DNA of 64,000 bases from a virus. Its lineage: Duplodnaviria; Caudoviricetes. The notes under the pieces are model-generated. The model was not told the DNA's origin. It was given only the letters and a program-made list of their open reading frames with translations, and searched no databases. The stretch is from the IMG/VR virus record IMGVR_UViG_3300050645_000010, positions 2,234 through 66,233 of that record; one strand, 5' to 3'. Position 1 is the stretch's first letter, and each line of letters starts with the position of its first letter. Below are positions 9,968 through 21,200 of the stretch, in pieces. Both the position numbers and the translations under genes were made by a program.

Positions 9968-10381
9968 ATGGCTACATACACATACAACCCCGCAAACATC
10001 ATGGGAGATGGGGTTGATGCGATGCGCTTTCAGCTTGGCGATACGTTGGTTGCGAGCGGAGCGGATACGGCGTTTTTGTCGGACGAAGAGATTAACGCCG
10101 TCATATCTCATTTCAAAAGCTGGAGCGTAGCGCGGTATAGGCTGATCGAGGCAGTATGTCACCGCCTTTCGTTTGAGGTCGATGTAAGGAACGACGGCAC
10201 GGCATATTCGCTCAACCAGCGGGCGCAACGATGGTTCGTGATGCTGGAAGAGGCAAAAAAGGAATTGCCATGCATGCCATCGAGCGGAGCGGTTGCGGCG
10301 TCAATGCAAGGGAGCGACGGCGGACACTATTTTAACGCGGGGATGCTCGCAAACCCATACGCAGAAGGTGAACGGCGATGA
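9968..10381 (+). CDS. Head-tail adaptor (neck) protein
   Basis: YNP...DAMRFQLGDT...FLSDEEI motif; synteny. Confidence 0.6.
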   Translation: MATYTYNPANIMGDGVDAMRFQLGDTLVASGADTAFLSDEEINAVISHFKSWSVARYRLIEAVCHRLSFEVDVRNDGTAYSLNQRAQRWFVMLEEAKKELPCMPSSGAVAASMQGSDGGHYFNAGMLANPYAEGERR

Positions 10382-10755
10382 GGATCGGCGCAATTGGAAT
10401 GATGAGGCCGGAGCAGTTGCCGAAAGAATTCGCCGTGTATGGGGCCACGAGCGAAACGTCAGAAAGCGGGCGCGAGCTTGTTAAAGACGGAGTGGAAAAG
10501 GCGCGGATAAAATGCGTCTTGTCGGAAGCAACGGTGGATGAGCGCGAGTTGTTTAACCAGTTGCAGAAGACGGTCACACATACGTTATTGCAGCGAGGAA
10601 GCCCGGTTGCGAGCGAGAACGACACGTTGGTCCTCACAAAGAACGGCAGCATCACGAAGGATTGCCGAAAGTTCAGGGTTCAAGGCGTTCACGACAAAGG
10701 CGATATGGGGATTGATACTGCGTATTACTGCATGGAATGGAGTGGTGGCGGATGA
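10378..10755 (+). CDS. Head closure/neck protein
   Basis: Synteny; beta-rich 125 aa; start overlaps the upstream stop. Confidence 0.5.
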   Translation: MRIGAIGMMRPEQLPKEFAVYGATSETSESGRELVKDGVEKARIKCVLSEATVDERELFNQLQKTVTHTLLQRGSPVASENDTLVLTKNGSITKDCRKFRVQGVHDKGDMGIDTAYYCMEWSGGG

Positions 10756-11228
10756 ACATTCGCATTTCCACTTACACGAAGCAGATTTTTTCGCAGGTCG
10801 AACGGCAATTGCGGCAACGTTCAGCGATAGCGGCGCAGGAATTGCGCAACGCATCGCTTGAAGTGTTGAGCGGAAGCCGTGGTGGGCGATCGTATGTTGT
10901 GCCCGGCACGGGCCGAGTGCGGTATTACAAGCGCACGAAAACAGCGGTCATTACCCACAAGCGATACACAGGATCATCACCCGGAGAACCGCCAGCGGTA
11001 CGGACGGGCACATTAAGGCGAAGCTGGCGACCGATCACGTTCGGCGAAAGCAGGTTGGGCGCGGCGATCGAATCAAATGTGCGGTATGCCGGATGGCTTG
11101 AACACGGAACACACAGGAAAGACGGCGGGCAGAAGATGGCACCTCGACCGTTCGAAGAAAAAATCATCGAAACGGCAAAACCCAAAATCGAAGAGGTGTA
11201 TTCACGCCCGTTCAACATCAGTTTGTGA
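10752..11228 (+). CDS. HK97 gp10-like tail completion protein
   Basis: PPAVRTGTLRRSW...YAGWLEHGT...MAPRPF motif. Confidence 0.7.
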   Translation: MNIRISTYTKQIFSQVERQLRQRSAIAAQELRNASLEVLSGSRGGRSYVVPGTGRVRYYKRTKTAVITHKRYTGSSPGEPPAVRTGTLRRSWRPITFGESRLGAAIESNVRYAGWLEHGTHRKDGGQKMAPRPFEEKIIETAKPKIEEVYSRPFNISL

Positions 11229-11249
11229 GCGCGTAAGGAGGCGTTGTAA

Positions 11250-12263
11250 TTGGGAATTGAAGGCATGCTCTTTACGCGGCTCGTTCATGATACACAACTC
11301 GCGGAAATGGTGACGGTGTTCGATGGGCGCGCGGCGGTGTTTCACCAACGCGCGCCCGCCCCAAACAACGCAAAATGGCACGACAGCCAAAAGCAGTACC
11401 CGCGTGTTGATTTTACCGTGGACATGCAAGAAGAACCGGCTCGTAATTCGAGCGGCACGCTTACGGTGAATGTGTGGTGCAGTACCAAATTCGGACAAAT
11501 GCCGGAATCGATCGAAGCGCGCATTCGCGCTTTGCTGCATGCAACGTTCGCACAACCGGAAGACGGCCCCCCATATTGCTTCGTGTGGGCGCGGTCTGAC
11601 CCATTTGAAGTTACGACGGAAACGCAGAGCGCAGAGGAAATGCCGAGCGTGATAGGCTGCACACTCGCGTTCGATATAATGGCGTTCCCGTCGCAATTGA
11701 CGATATATCCCGATCCCATTCAAGCGATGAACGCATGGACGAAAAAGATATTGCCGCAAGCGGTGGTTATTGGCGTCGATACGATAGATGGTTGGTTGGA
11801 GCCGACAAAAGAAAGGCCCATCATCTATTGGCGCATCACGGCACAGGCACCGCAAAAAAGAACTTTCGTGTGCGTTTGGTTCAATACGACAATCGAAGGG
11901 CATGTTTTTGCGCACGGTGCGGATGAACGATTGTATACGCTGCGGAAGATCAATACGGCGGCGGCGATGGAACACCATATCACGATGGAAGACAGTTCAC
12001 CAATGTTCATATTGAGGTTCGGGATAAACCCAAACATGAACTACCTCGCAACGGGCCAGATACAGGCGGAAACGCAATTCGGGGTATTGCGCGAGCAATA
12101 TGCAAACCCGCCATCAGGCCCGAAGCTGGTACATGTCAATTTGCCGCGTGAGCAGATCGAGAGCGAGACAAAGACGGCGAATGTTCAGAGTAACGGCACG
12201 GGGCATGTATTCCCGTACACGGCGGCGGGAACGTCGCGGACAGGTCAAACAGAAACGGGGTGA
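11250..12263 (+). CDS. Putative tail terminator/neck protein
   Basis: TTG start after AGGAGG; position before the sheath gene. Confidence 0.5.
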   Translation: MGIEGMLFTRLVHDTQLAEMVTVFDGRAAVFHQRAPAPNNAKWHDSQKQYPRVDFTVDMQEEPARNSSGTLTVNVWCSTKFGQMPESIEARIRALLHATFAQPEDGPPYCFVWARSDPFEVTTETQSAEEMPSVIGCTLAFDIMAFPSQLTIYPDPIQAMNAWTKKILPQAVVIGVDTIDGWLEPTKERPIIYWRITAQAPQKRTFVCVWFNTTIEGHVFAHGADERLYTLRKINTAAAMEHHITMEDSSPMFILRFGINPNMNYLATGQIQAETQFGVLREQYANPPSGPKLVHVNLPREQIESETKTANVQSNGTGHVFPYTAAGTSRTGQTETG

Positions 12264-12267
12264 AATT

Positions 12268-12504
12268 ATGGCCGAAAAGAACGGCAGGAAGATCGAAGCC
12301 GAAGTCGCGGATGCCGCCGAGGTTGCGGCGGCGCCCGAAGAATCGGTATACACGGCGCGCGAGCTCGCGGCCAATGCACGTGCGGTATTCGGAGTGTGTC
12401 AGGATTTGGCGGCAGCGGCGCTTGGATACGCGGGAATTCAGACGTGCACGGTGAACGAGGCGAAGCAAATCATCAAGAACTACGCGGAAAGGAAGGTAGT
12501 GTAG
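12268..12504 (+). CDS. Hypothetical tail-region protein
   Basis: SD GGGGTG; fills the gap before the sheath gene. Confidence 0.55.
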   Translation: MAEKNGRKIEAEVADAAEVAAAPEESVYTARELAANARAVFGVCQDLAAAALGYAGIQTCTVNEAKQIIKNYAERKVV

Positions 12505-12505
12505 A

Positions 12506-13939
12506 ATGGCTGGAAGCTTCAAAAACGGCGAAACGAAGGTTCGCCCCGGCGTGTACTTTCGCATTGAAAAAGGCAGCGGCAATGAACTCGCGGGTGCGAG
12601 GAACGGAATTGTCGCTGTCGCTTTCAAAGCGAACTGGGGGGCGCTCAATCAGGTAATGACGCTCGAATCGCCGGATGAGATTTACGGACTGTATGGCGAT
12701 GACGGCCAGAGCAATTCGAATGTCGCGGTACTGGAGAAGATTTTCAAGGGCGGCGCGAGCGTCATCAAGGCGGTGCGCGTGGGCTCGGGCGGAACCAAGG
12801 CAGCGCATACGCTCAAGGACACGACGGGCTCGCCTGTCGATGTCGTGGCATTGACGGCAAGGTATGCGGGCACGCGGCCTTTGTCGGTTACGATTCGGGA
12901 TAGCCTTGCCTCCCCCACCACGCTTCGCGAATGCATCATCTACACGGGCACGAAGATTCTGATGCAGGTGGAGTTTGCGAAAGGTACGTCTGAGGTTGAC
13001 GCGCTTGTTGCGGCGATTAACGCCGTAACGAACGGCGTCGTGACGGCGGCAAAGGTCGCGGCGGGCAATGGCACGTTGGCGGCGATTACGCAGGTCGCGT
13101 TTTCGACGGTTGGCGTAAGCCCGACCATCGCGACCGCTGATTACAGCGGCGCGTTTACGGCGCTTGAAGCGAGTAAGTGGGGCGTGTTGTGCGTTGATAC
13201 GAACGACGCCGCGGTTCATGCTTTGGTGAAATCGTACATCAACCGCGTAAACGATGCGGGCCTTCTGGCATTTGCGGTTGTCGGCGAACCGGTGTCGGTC
13301 GCGTATGCGACGCGCAGGACAAACGCGGCTGCGTTCAATTCGTGCAATGTCGTGTACTGCTTGAATGGCGGGTATGATTCGAGCAACGTCTTGCACGATG
13401 GGTTCAATGTGGCAGCGGTCGTTGCGGGTATGCTGGCGGCGTTGCCGTCGAGCGATTCGCCCACGCATAAGCAGGTCCCCGGGCTGGTGTCGATCGCCGG
13501 CGCGCTTACGAACACGGAAGTTCAGGAGTGCTTGCAGAGCGGCGCGCTTGTGCTCACCATGTCGGCTTCGGGTGTCGTGTGGATTGAGCAGGGTATCAAC
13601 ACTTTGGTTTCGCCTTCGGCGGATCAGGATTCCGGGTGGAAGAAAATTCGGAGAACGAAGACGAGATTCGAACTCATTTCGCGCATCTTGGAGAGTTCGG
13701 AAAGCATCATTGGCAGCGTGAACAACGACAGCAACGGGCGTGCGACGTTCATTGCGATCGCGAACGGCGTCGGCAAGGCAATGATTGCCGAGGGCAAGTT
13801 GCAGAGCTGCACGGTCAGCGAAGACCCGAACAACCCGCCGAGCGGCGATAGCGCGTGGTTCATCATCGACGTTATCGACAACGATAGCGTCGAAAAGGTG
13901 TATGTCACGTATCGGTTCCGCTTTAGCGCGAGCGAGTAA
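12506..13939 (+). CDS. Tail sheath protein (XkdK-like)
   Basis: GETKVRPGVYFRIE N-terminus, IEQGINTL, WKKIRRTK motifs. Confidence 0.92.
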   Translation: MAGSFKNGETKVRPGVYFRIEKGSGNELAGARNGIVAVAFKANWGALNQVMTLESPDEIYGLYGDDGQSNSNVAVLEKIFKGGASVIKAVRVGSGGTKAAHTLKDTTGSPVDVVALTARYAGTRPLSVTIRDSLASPTTLRECIIYTGTKILMQVEFAKGTSEVDALVAAINAVTNGVVTAAKVAAGNGTLAAITQVAFSTVGVSPTIATADYSGAFTALEASKWGVLCVDTNDAAVHALVKSYINRVNDAGLLAFAVVGEPVSVAYATRRTNAAAFNSCNVVYCLNGGYDSSNVLHDGFNVAAVVAGMLAALPSSDSPTHKQVPGLVSIAGALTNTEVQECLQSGALVLTMSASGVVWIEQGINTLVSPSADQDSGWKKIRRTKTRFELISRILESSESIIGSVNNDSNGRATFIAIANGVGKAMIAEGKLQSCTVSEDPNNPPSGDSAWFIIDVIDNDSVEKVYVTYRFRFSASE

Positions 13940-13960
13940 GAAGGAAAGGAGCAATAAAAA

Positions 13961-14428
13961 ATGGCAATTCTGAACACAAGGCCGGTTGTCGATATTCGCA
14001 AACCCATGAGCGGCAAGGACGGCGCTTTGTTCGACGGCGACGGAACCTTGATGGCGAGTGTCGAAAGTTTTCAGTCGCAAGCAGCGATCACGAACCAGAC
14101 GTTTCAGCCGCTTGGGGATGCGCAGGAACACGGCGTGATGACCTCGTTCAAGATCACGCTGACGCTTTCGGAAATCGTCGTTGAGGACAGCAGATTGTTC
14201 AGGTACTTCATGGATGCGATGGCGGGGCACAGGATGCCCGTCCTCAATTTCCGTGGCATGGTGCGGTCGCCCTACGATGACAGCGAAGAGCAGATCGTGT
14301 ACAGGGATTGCGTCCCCGATGGGACGATTGACATTCAGAACATGCAGGTCGGCGAATTGTACAAGCGCAGCTGGACGTTCATCGTCAATCAGGTGCCGGA
14401 CATGCAGAGCATGTTCCAGAACGCCTAA
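13961..14428 (+). CDS. Tail tube protein (XkdM-like)
   Basis: 155 aa after the sheath; SGKDGALF and EQIVYRDCVPDGTIDI motifs. Confidence 0.85.
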   Translation: MAILNTRPVVDIRKPMSGKDGALFDGDGTLMASVESFQSQAAITNQTFQPLGDAQEHGVMTSFKITLTLSEIVVEDSRLFRYFMDAMAGHRMPVLNFRGMVRSPYDDSEEQIVYRDCVPDGTIDIQNMQVGELYKRSWTFIVNQVPDMQSMFQNA

Positions 14429-14455
14429 GCGCGGCGAATCACTCGACAAGGGAAC

Positions 14456-14495
14456 ACACAGGCAGGACGGCTATAAGCGCGTCCTGCCTGTGTTT
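14456..14495 (+). terminator. 14-bp perfect stem-loop after the tail tube gene
   Basis: ACACAGGCAGGACG (14456-14469) pairs with CGTCCTGCCTGTGT (14480-14493); only a short T tail follows. Confidence 0.6.
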
Positions 14496-14530
14496 AACGG
14501 GCTTAAAACACAATGAAGGGAGCAAGGCAC

Positions 14531-15049
14531 ATGGCGAAGCAGACGCAGGATTATGAAAACGTGACCCCCATCACCGCAGAGGAACAGCAAGCGGAAATCC
14601 TCATGAACGAGGCGGAAATCCTCAAAGCGTTGACCGACCCGACGCAGCACGACGATAGAACGGAAGTCATCGAAGTGACATTCGGGAAGGCTGTGTTTCG
14701 TTTCAGAATCAGGCCGTTGTCAGAAAAAGAGTGGGACCGGTGCCGTGAACGCAGCACCAAATACGCGAAGAATCGTCGTTTGGGCGGCATGCGGTTGCCC
14801 GAATCGACGGATACCGTGGGCTATCATTCCCTGCTGATCTACACGGCAACGGTCGATGAAGACAAAAGGAAGCTGTGGGACAACCAAGCGTTTTGGACGG
14901 CGTGCAACGTCGTTACCGGCGTTGATATGGTTGATCGGCTTATTCCCTACGCCGGGAAAAAGGCGCAGATCATCGAGCGGATCGAAGCGTTGAGCGGATA
15001 TGACGAGGAAGAGGCAAGCGATTACGAGGGCACGGTAAAAAACTCATAA
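14531..15049 (+). CDS. Tail assembly chaperone (XkdN-like)
   Basis: FRFRIRPLSEKEWDRC motif; position between tube and tape measure genes. Confidence 0.75.
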   Translation: MAKQTQDYENVTPITAEEQQAEILMNEAEILKALTDPTQHDDRTEVIEVTFGKAVFRFRIRPLSEKEWDRCRERSTKYAKNRRLGGMRLPESTDTVGYHSLLIYTATVDEDKRKLWDNQAFWTACNVVTGVDMVDRLIPYAGKKAQIIERIEALSGYDEEEASDYEGTVKNS

Positions 15050-15255
15050 CCGCTGGCGGCAAGACGCGATTGCTCCATCACATATTTCAGCGTACAGGCA
15101 TCACGCCTGACGTTGTAATGGGGCAGTCGCGTTTCATTCGCACGTTCATGCTGAAAAGCATGGAAGTTCAGTTGGAAGAGGAAGCGGAGATTGCCGCAGC
15201 GAGGAACAGGCAGCGCAATAACAACACGAGCAGCAGACCGGCAAGACGGCGTTAA
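15037..15255 (+). CDS. -1 frameshift extension of the tail assembly chaperone (G-T type)
   Basis: In-frame slippery heptamer A AAA AAC at 15037-15043 just before the stop; the -1 frame is open to 15255 (KLITAGGKTRLLHHIFQRTGITPD...). Confidence 0.75.
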   Translation, partial: KKLITAGGKTRLLHHIFQRTGITPDVVMGQSRFIRTFMLKSMEVQLEEEAEIAAARNRQRNNNTSSRPARRR

Positions 15256-15270
15256 AGGGGGTGAACATTG

Positions 15271-18200
15271 ATGGAGCAAATTTTCAGAATCGAAATTCCT
15301 GTTGAGGCGATCGATAAAACCGATAATGCATCCCTTCGACAGCTCGAAAGCACGCTTCAAAAGATGTTCACCCTCTTTGCGGAGAGCAAGTCGAAATCAA
15401 AAGATACGTTTAGCGCGGTCGATAAGGGCGCGAAGGAAGCGGCTGATTCGATCGAAAAGGTATCGGCGGCGGCAAAGGACACGACCCAATCATTCGAAAA
15501 GATCGAGCACGCGGCGGATGGCGCGGCGTCGGCGCAATCCGAATCGGGCAGCGAGGCAGAGGCTGCGGGTAAAAAAGCGGAAAAAGCGGTTGAGGGCGTA
15601 GCGGAAGCATACGAGGACACCGCGAGCAAAGCGAAGAAAGCCGGTCAAGCGACCGGCTCTTCTTTCGATGGTGCGGGACAAAGGGCGGATAAGTTCACCG
15701 AGCGCATGGAGAAATCGAACCAGCAAATCCAGAAGATGAACAACACGAAGATTCGGCTCGTGATGGAGGCGCTGGACAGGGCGACGCCCGTATTGAAAGA
15801 GATTTGGGGATACGCGAGCAAGTTCGGCTCAAAGGTGTGGAGCGTTGCGGTGCGCATGAAGGACCTTATCACAGCGCCGTTTCGCAAATTGTATCACATG
15901 CTCACCAGCCCCATAACGGTTGCTCTTTCGGTGGCGGGCATCGGATTAAGCGCAAATGACCTTGTTACGACGTTCAATGGGTTTGAAAAGGGTATGTCGG
16001 CCGTTCGCGCGTTGACAGGTGCGACAGACGAAGAGTTTTTGTTGTTAAAACAAACCGCGAAGGATCTCGGTGCGGAAACCGCGTTTTCAGCAACCCAAGC
16101 AAGCGAAGGCATGCAATACCTTGCCTCTTCGGGGTGGAATGCAAACGAGATTGTGGCGGCAATGCCCGGCTTACTGGATTTAGCGGCGGCGGGCGCAACG
16201 GAACTCGGAACGGCTGCGGACATCGTGGCAAGCGTCATGACCGCAATGGGGATGAAGGCGAACGAGGCCACGCGCGCGGCTGACGTGTTCGCACAGACGG
16301 CATCTGCAAGCAATGCGTCGGTCGAAGACCTCGGCGAGACGCTTAAATACGCGGCGCCCATTGCACACAGCTTCGGCCTTTCCCTCGAAGAGGTATCGGC
16401 AATCGCGGGCATGATGGCGAATGCCGGTATTAAGGGATCGATGGCGGGCACAGCGATTCGCTCTTCGCTGTTGGGCATGGCGTCCCCTTCAAAAGAAGCG
16501 GCAAAATTGCTGAAACAATTGAAGATGTCCTTCACGAACACCGATGGCACGATGAAGGATATGTCGGTCATTGTCGGCGATTTGACGGAAAAGTTTTCGA
16601 AGCTCACGGAAAAGCAGAAACTTCAATATGCGGAAACGCTGTTCGGCACATATGGCGCGTCGGCATGGTTGGGCGTTATCGATCAGGGGGCGAGCGTGTA
16701 CGACAAATTCACCTCGTCGCTTGAAAACTCCACAGGCGCGGCAAAAGAAATGGCTACGATCAGGCTCGACAACCTCGCGGGCGATATGGAAGCATTGGGC
16801 GGCGCGGTTGAAACGGCGAAGTTGGAAATCATGGATAAGCTCGACCCGTACCTTCGCAGCGCGGTTCAGTGGTTGACGGGCAAGATTCCCATGATTCAGG
16901 AGAAAATCGAAAGCGCCATTGATTCGGTCATTGAGAAGGTAAAGGCGATCAAAGACCACGTACAAGGTGTTTTCGACAGCGAAGAGTTCAAGGACGCAGA
17001 CGGGTTCGCGGAAAAGTTGTTCGTGGCATGGGACAAGATCATTGTCGAACCGTTCGAAGGATGGTGGAACAGTGGCGGCAGGGAAACGGTGCTCGGCATA
17101 TTGTCGCGCGTCGGTACGTCGATGGGCGAAATGCTCAAAGGGCTGTTTCTCGGTGCGTTTTCGGCAATCACGGGCCAGAACGTAGATTTCGAAGGCTTCA
17201 ATATGTCGGGGATCGCGAAGGCGGGCATTGAATCAGCGACAACGTTTGTATCGTCGTTCATCAATGCAATTGACTTCAAAGGGTTGGCTGCTAAATTGCC
17301 CGCGCTGATAGGCGCGATCATCAGCGACGCATTGAAGCTGATCACAGGCGGAAGCCCCACAAGCATCATATCGGCGCTCCTTGTCGGCAAGGGCGCTGTC
17401 ACGGCGGTTAAGGGCGTGAGCACAGTATCACGCCTTTTAACAGGATTAAAGACGGCGCTATTTGGGGTTAGCACGGTCGCAGGGACAGCGGGTACGGCAA
17501 CCGCAAGCGTAGGGGCAACGGCAGCGACGGCGGCGACGGGCGTTGCGAAAGCAACGACGGTGCTCGGGGGGTTGAAGACCGTCCTTGCGGCAATTCCTGT
17601 ATGGGGATGGGTCGCAGCGGCTGTGATTACGGCGGCGGCAATCGGGATCAAGTTATACACTGACGCGCAAGAACGGCACAGGCAGCAGCTATTGCACATG
17701 GGCGATTCGGTGGAAGAGGCGGCGGATAATTGGCGCACGTCGGTCGATCACGTCAATGAAGCAACGGCGATTATCGATGATGTGAAGGAAGTTCAGTTGA
17801 AGCTCGAAGTATCCCAAACCGGGTTGAGCACGCAGGATGTTCAGAACCTCAAAACCGAGTTGAGCCAGCTCGAAAGCCGAAAGGCGGAAATCGAGGTCAT
17901 GCTCGCGGAGAAGGGGTTGACCATCGAAGAAGTGCGGAGCATGAACGAAGAGTTAAAGGCAATCGCTGACAAGAAAGCGCAGATTGACGTAACGTTGACG
18001 GAATCGGGGTTGACCGCCGATGAGGTTACGCAACTCGCGGGAGAACTTCAAAGCATTCAGGACCGGAAAGCGGAAATCGAAGCAAAGACGGCAGCGGGCG
18101 GGCTTACGTATTCTGAAATTCAAGCGTATGCGGAAGAGTATGATAGAATCAGTGACCGCGAAGCAGAGATCAATGCATACCTTTCGGAAAAGGGCCTCAC

Positions 18201-21200
18201 GGCGGAGGAAATCAAGACGCTTGCGGCTGACATTCAGGATATTGAAGGGCGCGAGGCGGTTATCAATGCCAAGCTGGATGAAGCGGGCATGACTGCGGAA
18301 GAAATTTCGGCAATCGTTGATGAACTTGACCGAATCGAGAGCAGAACAGCGGAGATAAACGTACTGCTGTCTGGAAATTCGCTTACGATGGAACAGATAA
18401 GCGAGTTGGTCAAGGAATTGAATGCGATTCAAAGCCAAAAGGCAGAGGTCGAAGCAAAGATTGCGGAAACCGGATTGACCACCGAGCAGTTGACGGCATA
18501 TGCTGACGAGCTCAATTCGATCGATAGCAAGAAGGTTGTCATTGAGGCGATGCTTGCTGATGGAAGCTTGACGGAAGCGGAGGTTGCAACGTATTCGGCG
18601 GAACTCGCCAAGATCACGGACAGGCGCGCAGAGATCGAAGCGGAGCTTGCAGAACAGGGATTGACAGTCGAGCAGGTACAAAACCTCGCGGACCAGTTAA
18701 GCGCGATTTCGGACAGAGAAGCGGAAATCAAGATTACCCTATCATCTGGCGGTTTGACGGAAGAGGAAGTCGCATTGATAGCAAGCTACTTTGCGGAGAT
18801 TGAGAGCAAAGAAGCGAGCATTACGGCGACGATGAGCGAAAGCAGCTTGACTTCGGAAGAGATCACGGCATATGTCGCGGAGCTTGAGAAAATCACTTCT
18901 CGGAAAGCGGAAATCGATGTGATCCTTACAGCCGCAAGCCTTACGACGGAGGAATTCGCTGCGCTGGAAACAGAATTAAACAGCATTAAAGACCGCAAAG
19001 CAGAGATCGAGATGAAGATAGCGGCGGGCGGTTTGACGCAAAGCGAGCTGTCTTCCCTGCGGTCGGAATATGCGAGTTTAACCGACAGAGAAGCGACGAT
19101 AAAGCTGATGCAGAGCGCCGAGGGCATGACGCAAGAGCAGTTGGGCGCACTCAATGAAGAGCTTGACGGGATTTACAGCCGTGAAGCCGAGATAAAGGCG
19201 TCGATGTCGAAGGCTGGAATGACCGAAGAAGAGATTGCGAAGGTGTCGGCGGAAGTTTCAAGTATTGCGGATAGAAAGGCAACGCTCAATATCCTTTTGT
19301 CAGAAAGCAGCTTGACTTCGGAAGAGATACAAGCATACCAAGATGAATTGGATGCCTTGTATAGCAAGCTCATCGAAGTTTCAAACGGGCTGATTTCGCA
19401 GAAGGACATTGAGAACGGGAAGGCCGAAGAGCGTATCGCATTGCTCGAAAAGCAGTTGGAATTGGAACGCGAAATCGCCCGGATCAACCTTGAACGCGAG
19501 GTGATCGAAGGGAGAAAAACAACTGGCGAGCGTGGCGAGAAGCGCGACGAGTATTACGCGAATTATGAGCAGACGCAAACGGAATCCTCTGAAATCGCGG
19601 ACGCGCGCGCGAACATGATTATGTATCGCACGCAGTACGAGCTTATTCAATCTCAGTTGGATTTGATGTTTACGAAAAATAAGCTCAAACCGGGGCAAGA
19701 AGGGTACGTTTCAGATGAAGCACTCGGCGCATGGATTGAGAGCACGTACTACCCGACCATCGACACCATTTCGACGGGGATAGACGAAAACGTTAGGCCG
19801 TATGCCGGAACGGGGATTGGCTCCTACGAAGAACACAAGCTCATTGATTTCGGAACGGATACGATCCTCGAAAACATGGATGCCGATATTCAGTCGATCA
19901 TGGGTGCGGAGGAAAGAGGCGCACAGGATTCGGCATATTGGTATGAGCAGTACAGAACGAAGAATGCCGATTTGGTCAAGCAATACATGGGTGAGAAGAG
20001 CCTTATTGAGATGACCGCTTTCAAGGGGACGGGGCTCGAAGGCAAGACGCTCGAAGAAGTTGCTGCGCAATACAATACGCTCGGGTACAAAGAGCGCGAG
20101 TTGTTTTCACAAGCGATGCAAGCGTTCACTGAAATGACCGCTGGCATAGACTATTTGGCCGATGCGGACAAGATTCAGCCGATGAGCATATGGAAGACGG
20201 CGTATGAATCTACCGCGCAGCCCGAGGCGGAACCGGGGACGCCGGCAACGGTGCACCAGAGCGCGCGCGAAACAATTTCGGCGTTGCAGTATCGGAACGC
20301 GACTGACGAGAACAACGATACTCTGTTCACGCAGTTGCTGAAGGACAACGAAACGGCCTATGGCAAGCTGTCGGAATTGCAGACGGCATATGCGGAGGGC
20401 AAAGACACAAGCGAGCTTTTAACGTATTTTAAGGAGCGTTACGGGCAGGAATTCACGGAAGAAGACATTGCCGCGATACTGGAAAAGATCAAGCTAGAAA
20501 GGCAGCAGATTTTCAACGATCAATACGAGGCAATCACCAAGACGGCGGATACGATTTCGGCGATTGATGAGCAGATCACGGCAACGCAGCAGAAGATAGC
20601 GGAACTGACGGAAAAGGCGCAGAAATTGCAGGAAGCCTATGATTTGGTCGAAAAGCTCAAGACACAGTACGGCGCTTTGACGGAAGAGGGCAAAATCGAA
20701 TTTGCGAATTCGGAGGAAGGCGCAGCGGCCCTTAAAGAAATCAATACCGCATTGGAAGGTCTTGGCCTTGATAAGATCACGTCATTGGAGGATCTGTCTT
20801 CGGCGGTGGCATCGATTCAGGGCGCACAGGGCGAGAACACAAATGCAATCGACGCATTGAATCAGTCGCTTGGTGAGCTTACGACGGACAAAATCGAAGC
20901 ATTGATCGCGATAGAAGACGCGCTGTCAACCGTGCAATGGAACGCTACGAACGCGGACAGGTTGAAGCAGATACCCGAAGCGTTGAAGATGAGCGCGGAA
21001 GACGTGAACAGGTTTTCGCAGGTGTCGGAGAACATCGGCAATTGCCGGGAGCAAGTGAAGCAGCTGAAAACACAGCTTGACGATTTGAAGGGCACGTATG
21101 ACGTTACTGTGAACGTCAAGTACAAGTTCAGCACGGCGAATTATACGCCCGGAAGCGTCGGGAAAAACGCGGAGGGCGGCATATACGACGGCAGAATGCT

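Noticed and set aside
12473-14449. 658-aa minus-strand ORF and similar long antisense ORFs (8721-9707, 27874-28887, 31565-32848, 44271-45179)
   Set aside because: Shadows of well-supported plus-strand genes in GC-rich sequence; no motifs or SD noticed.
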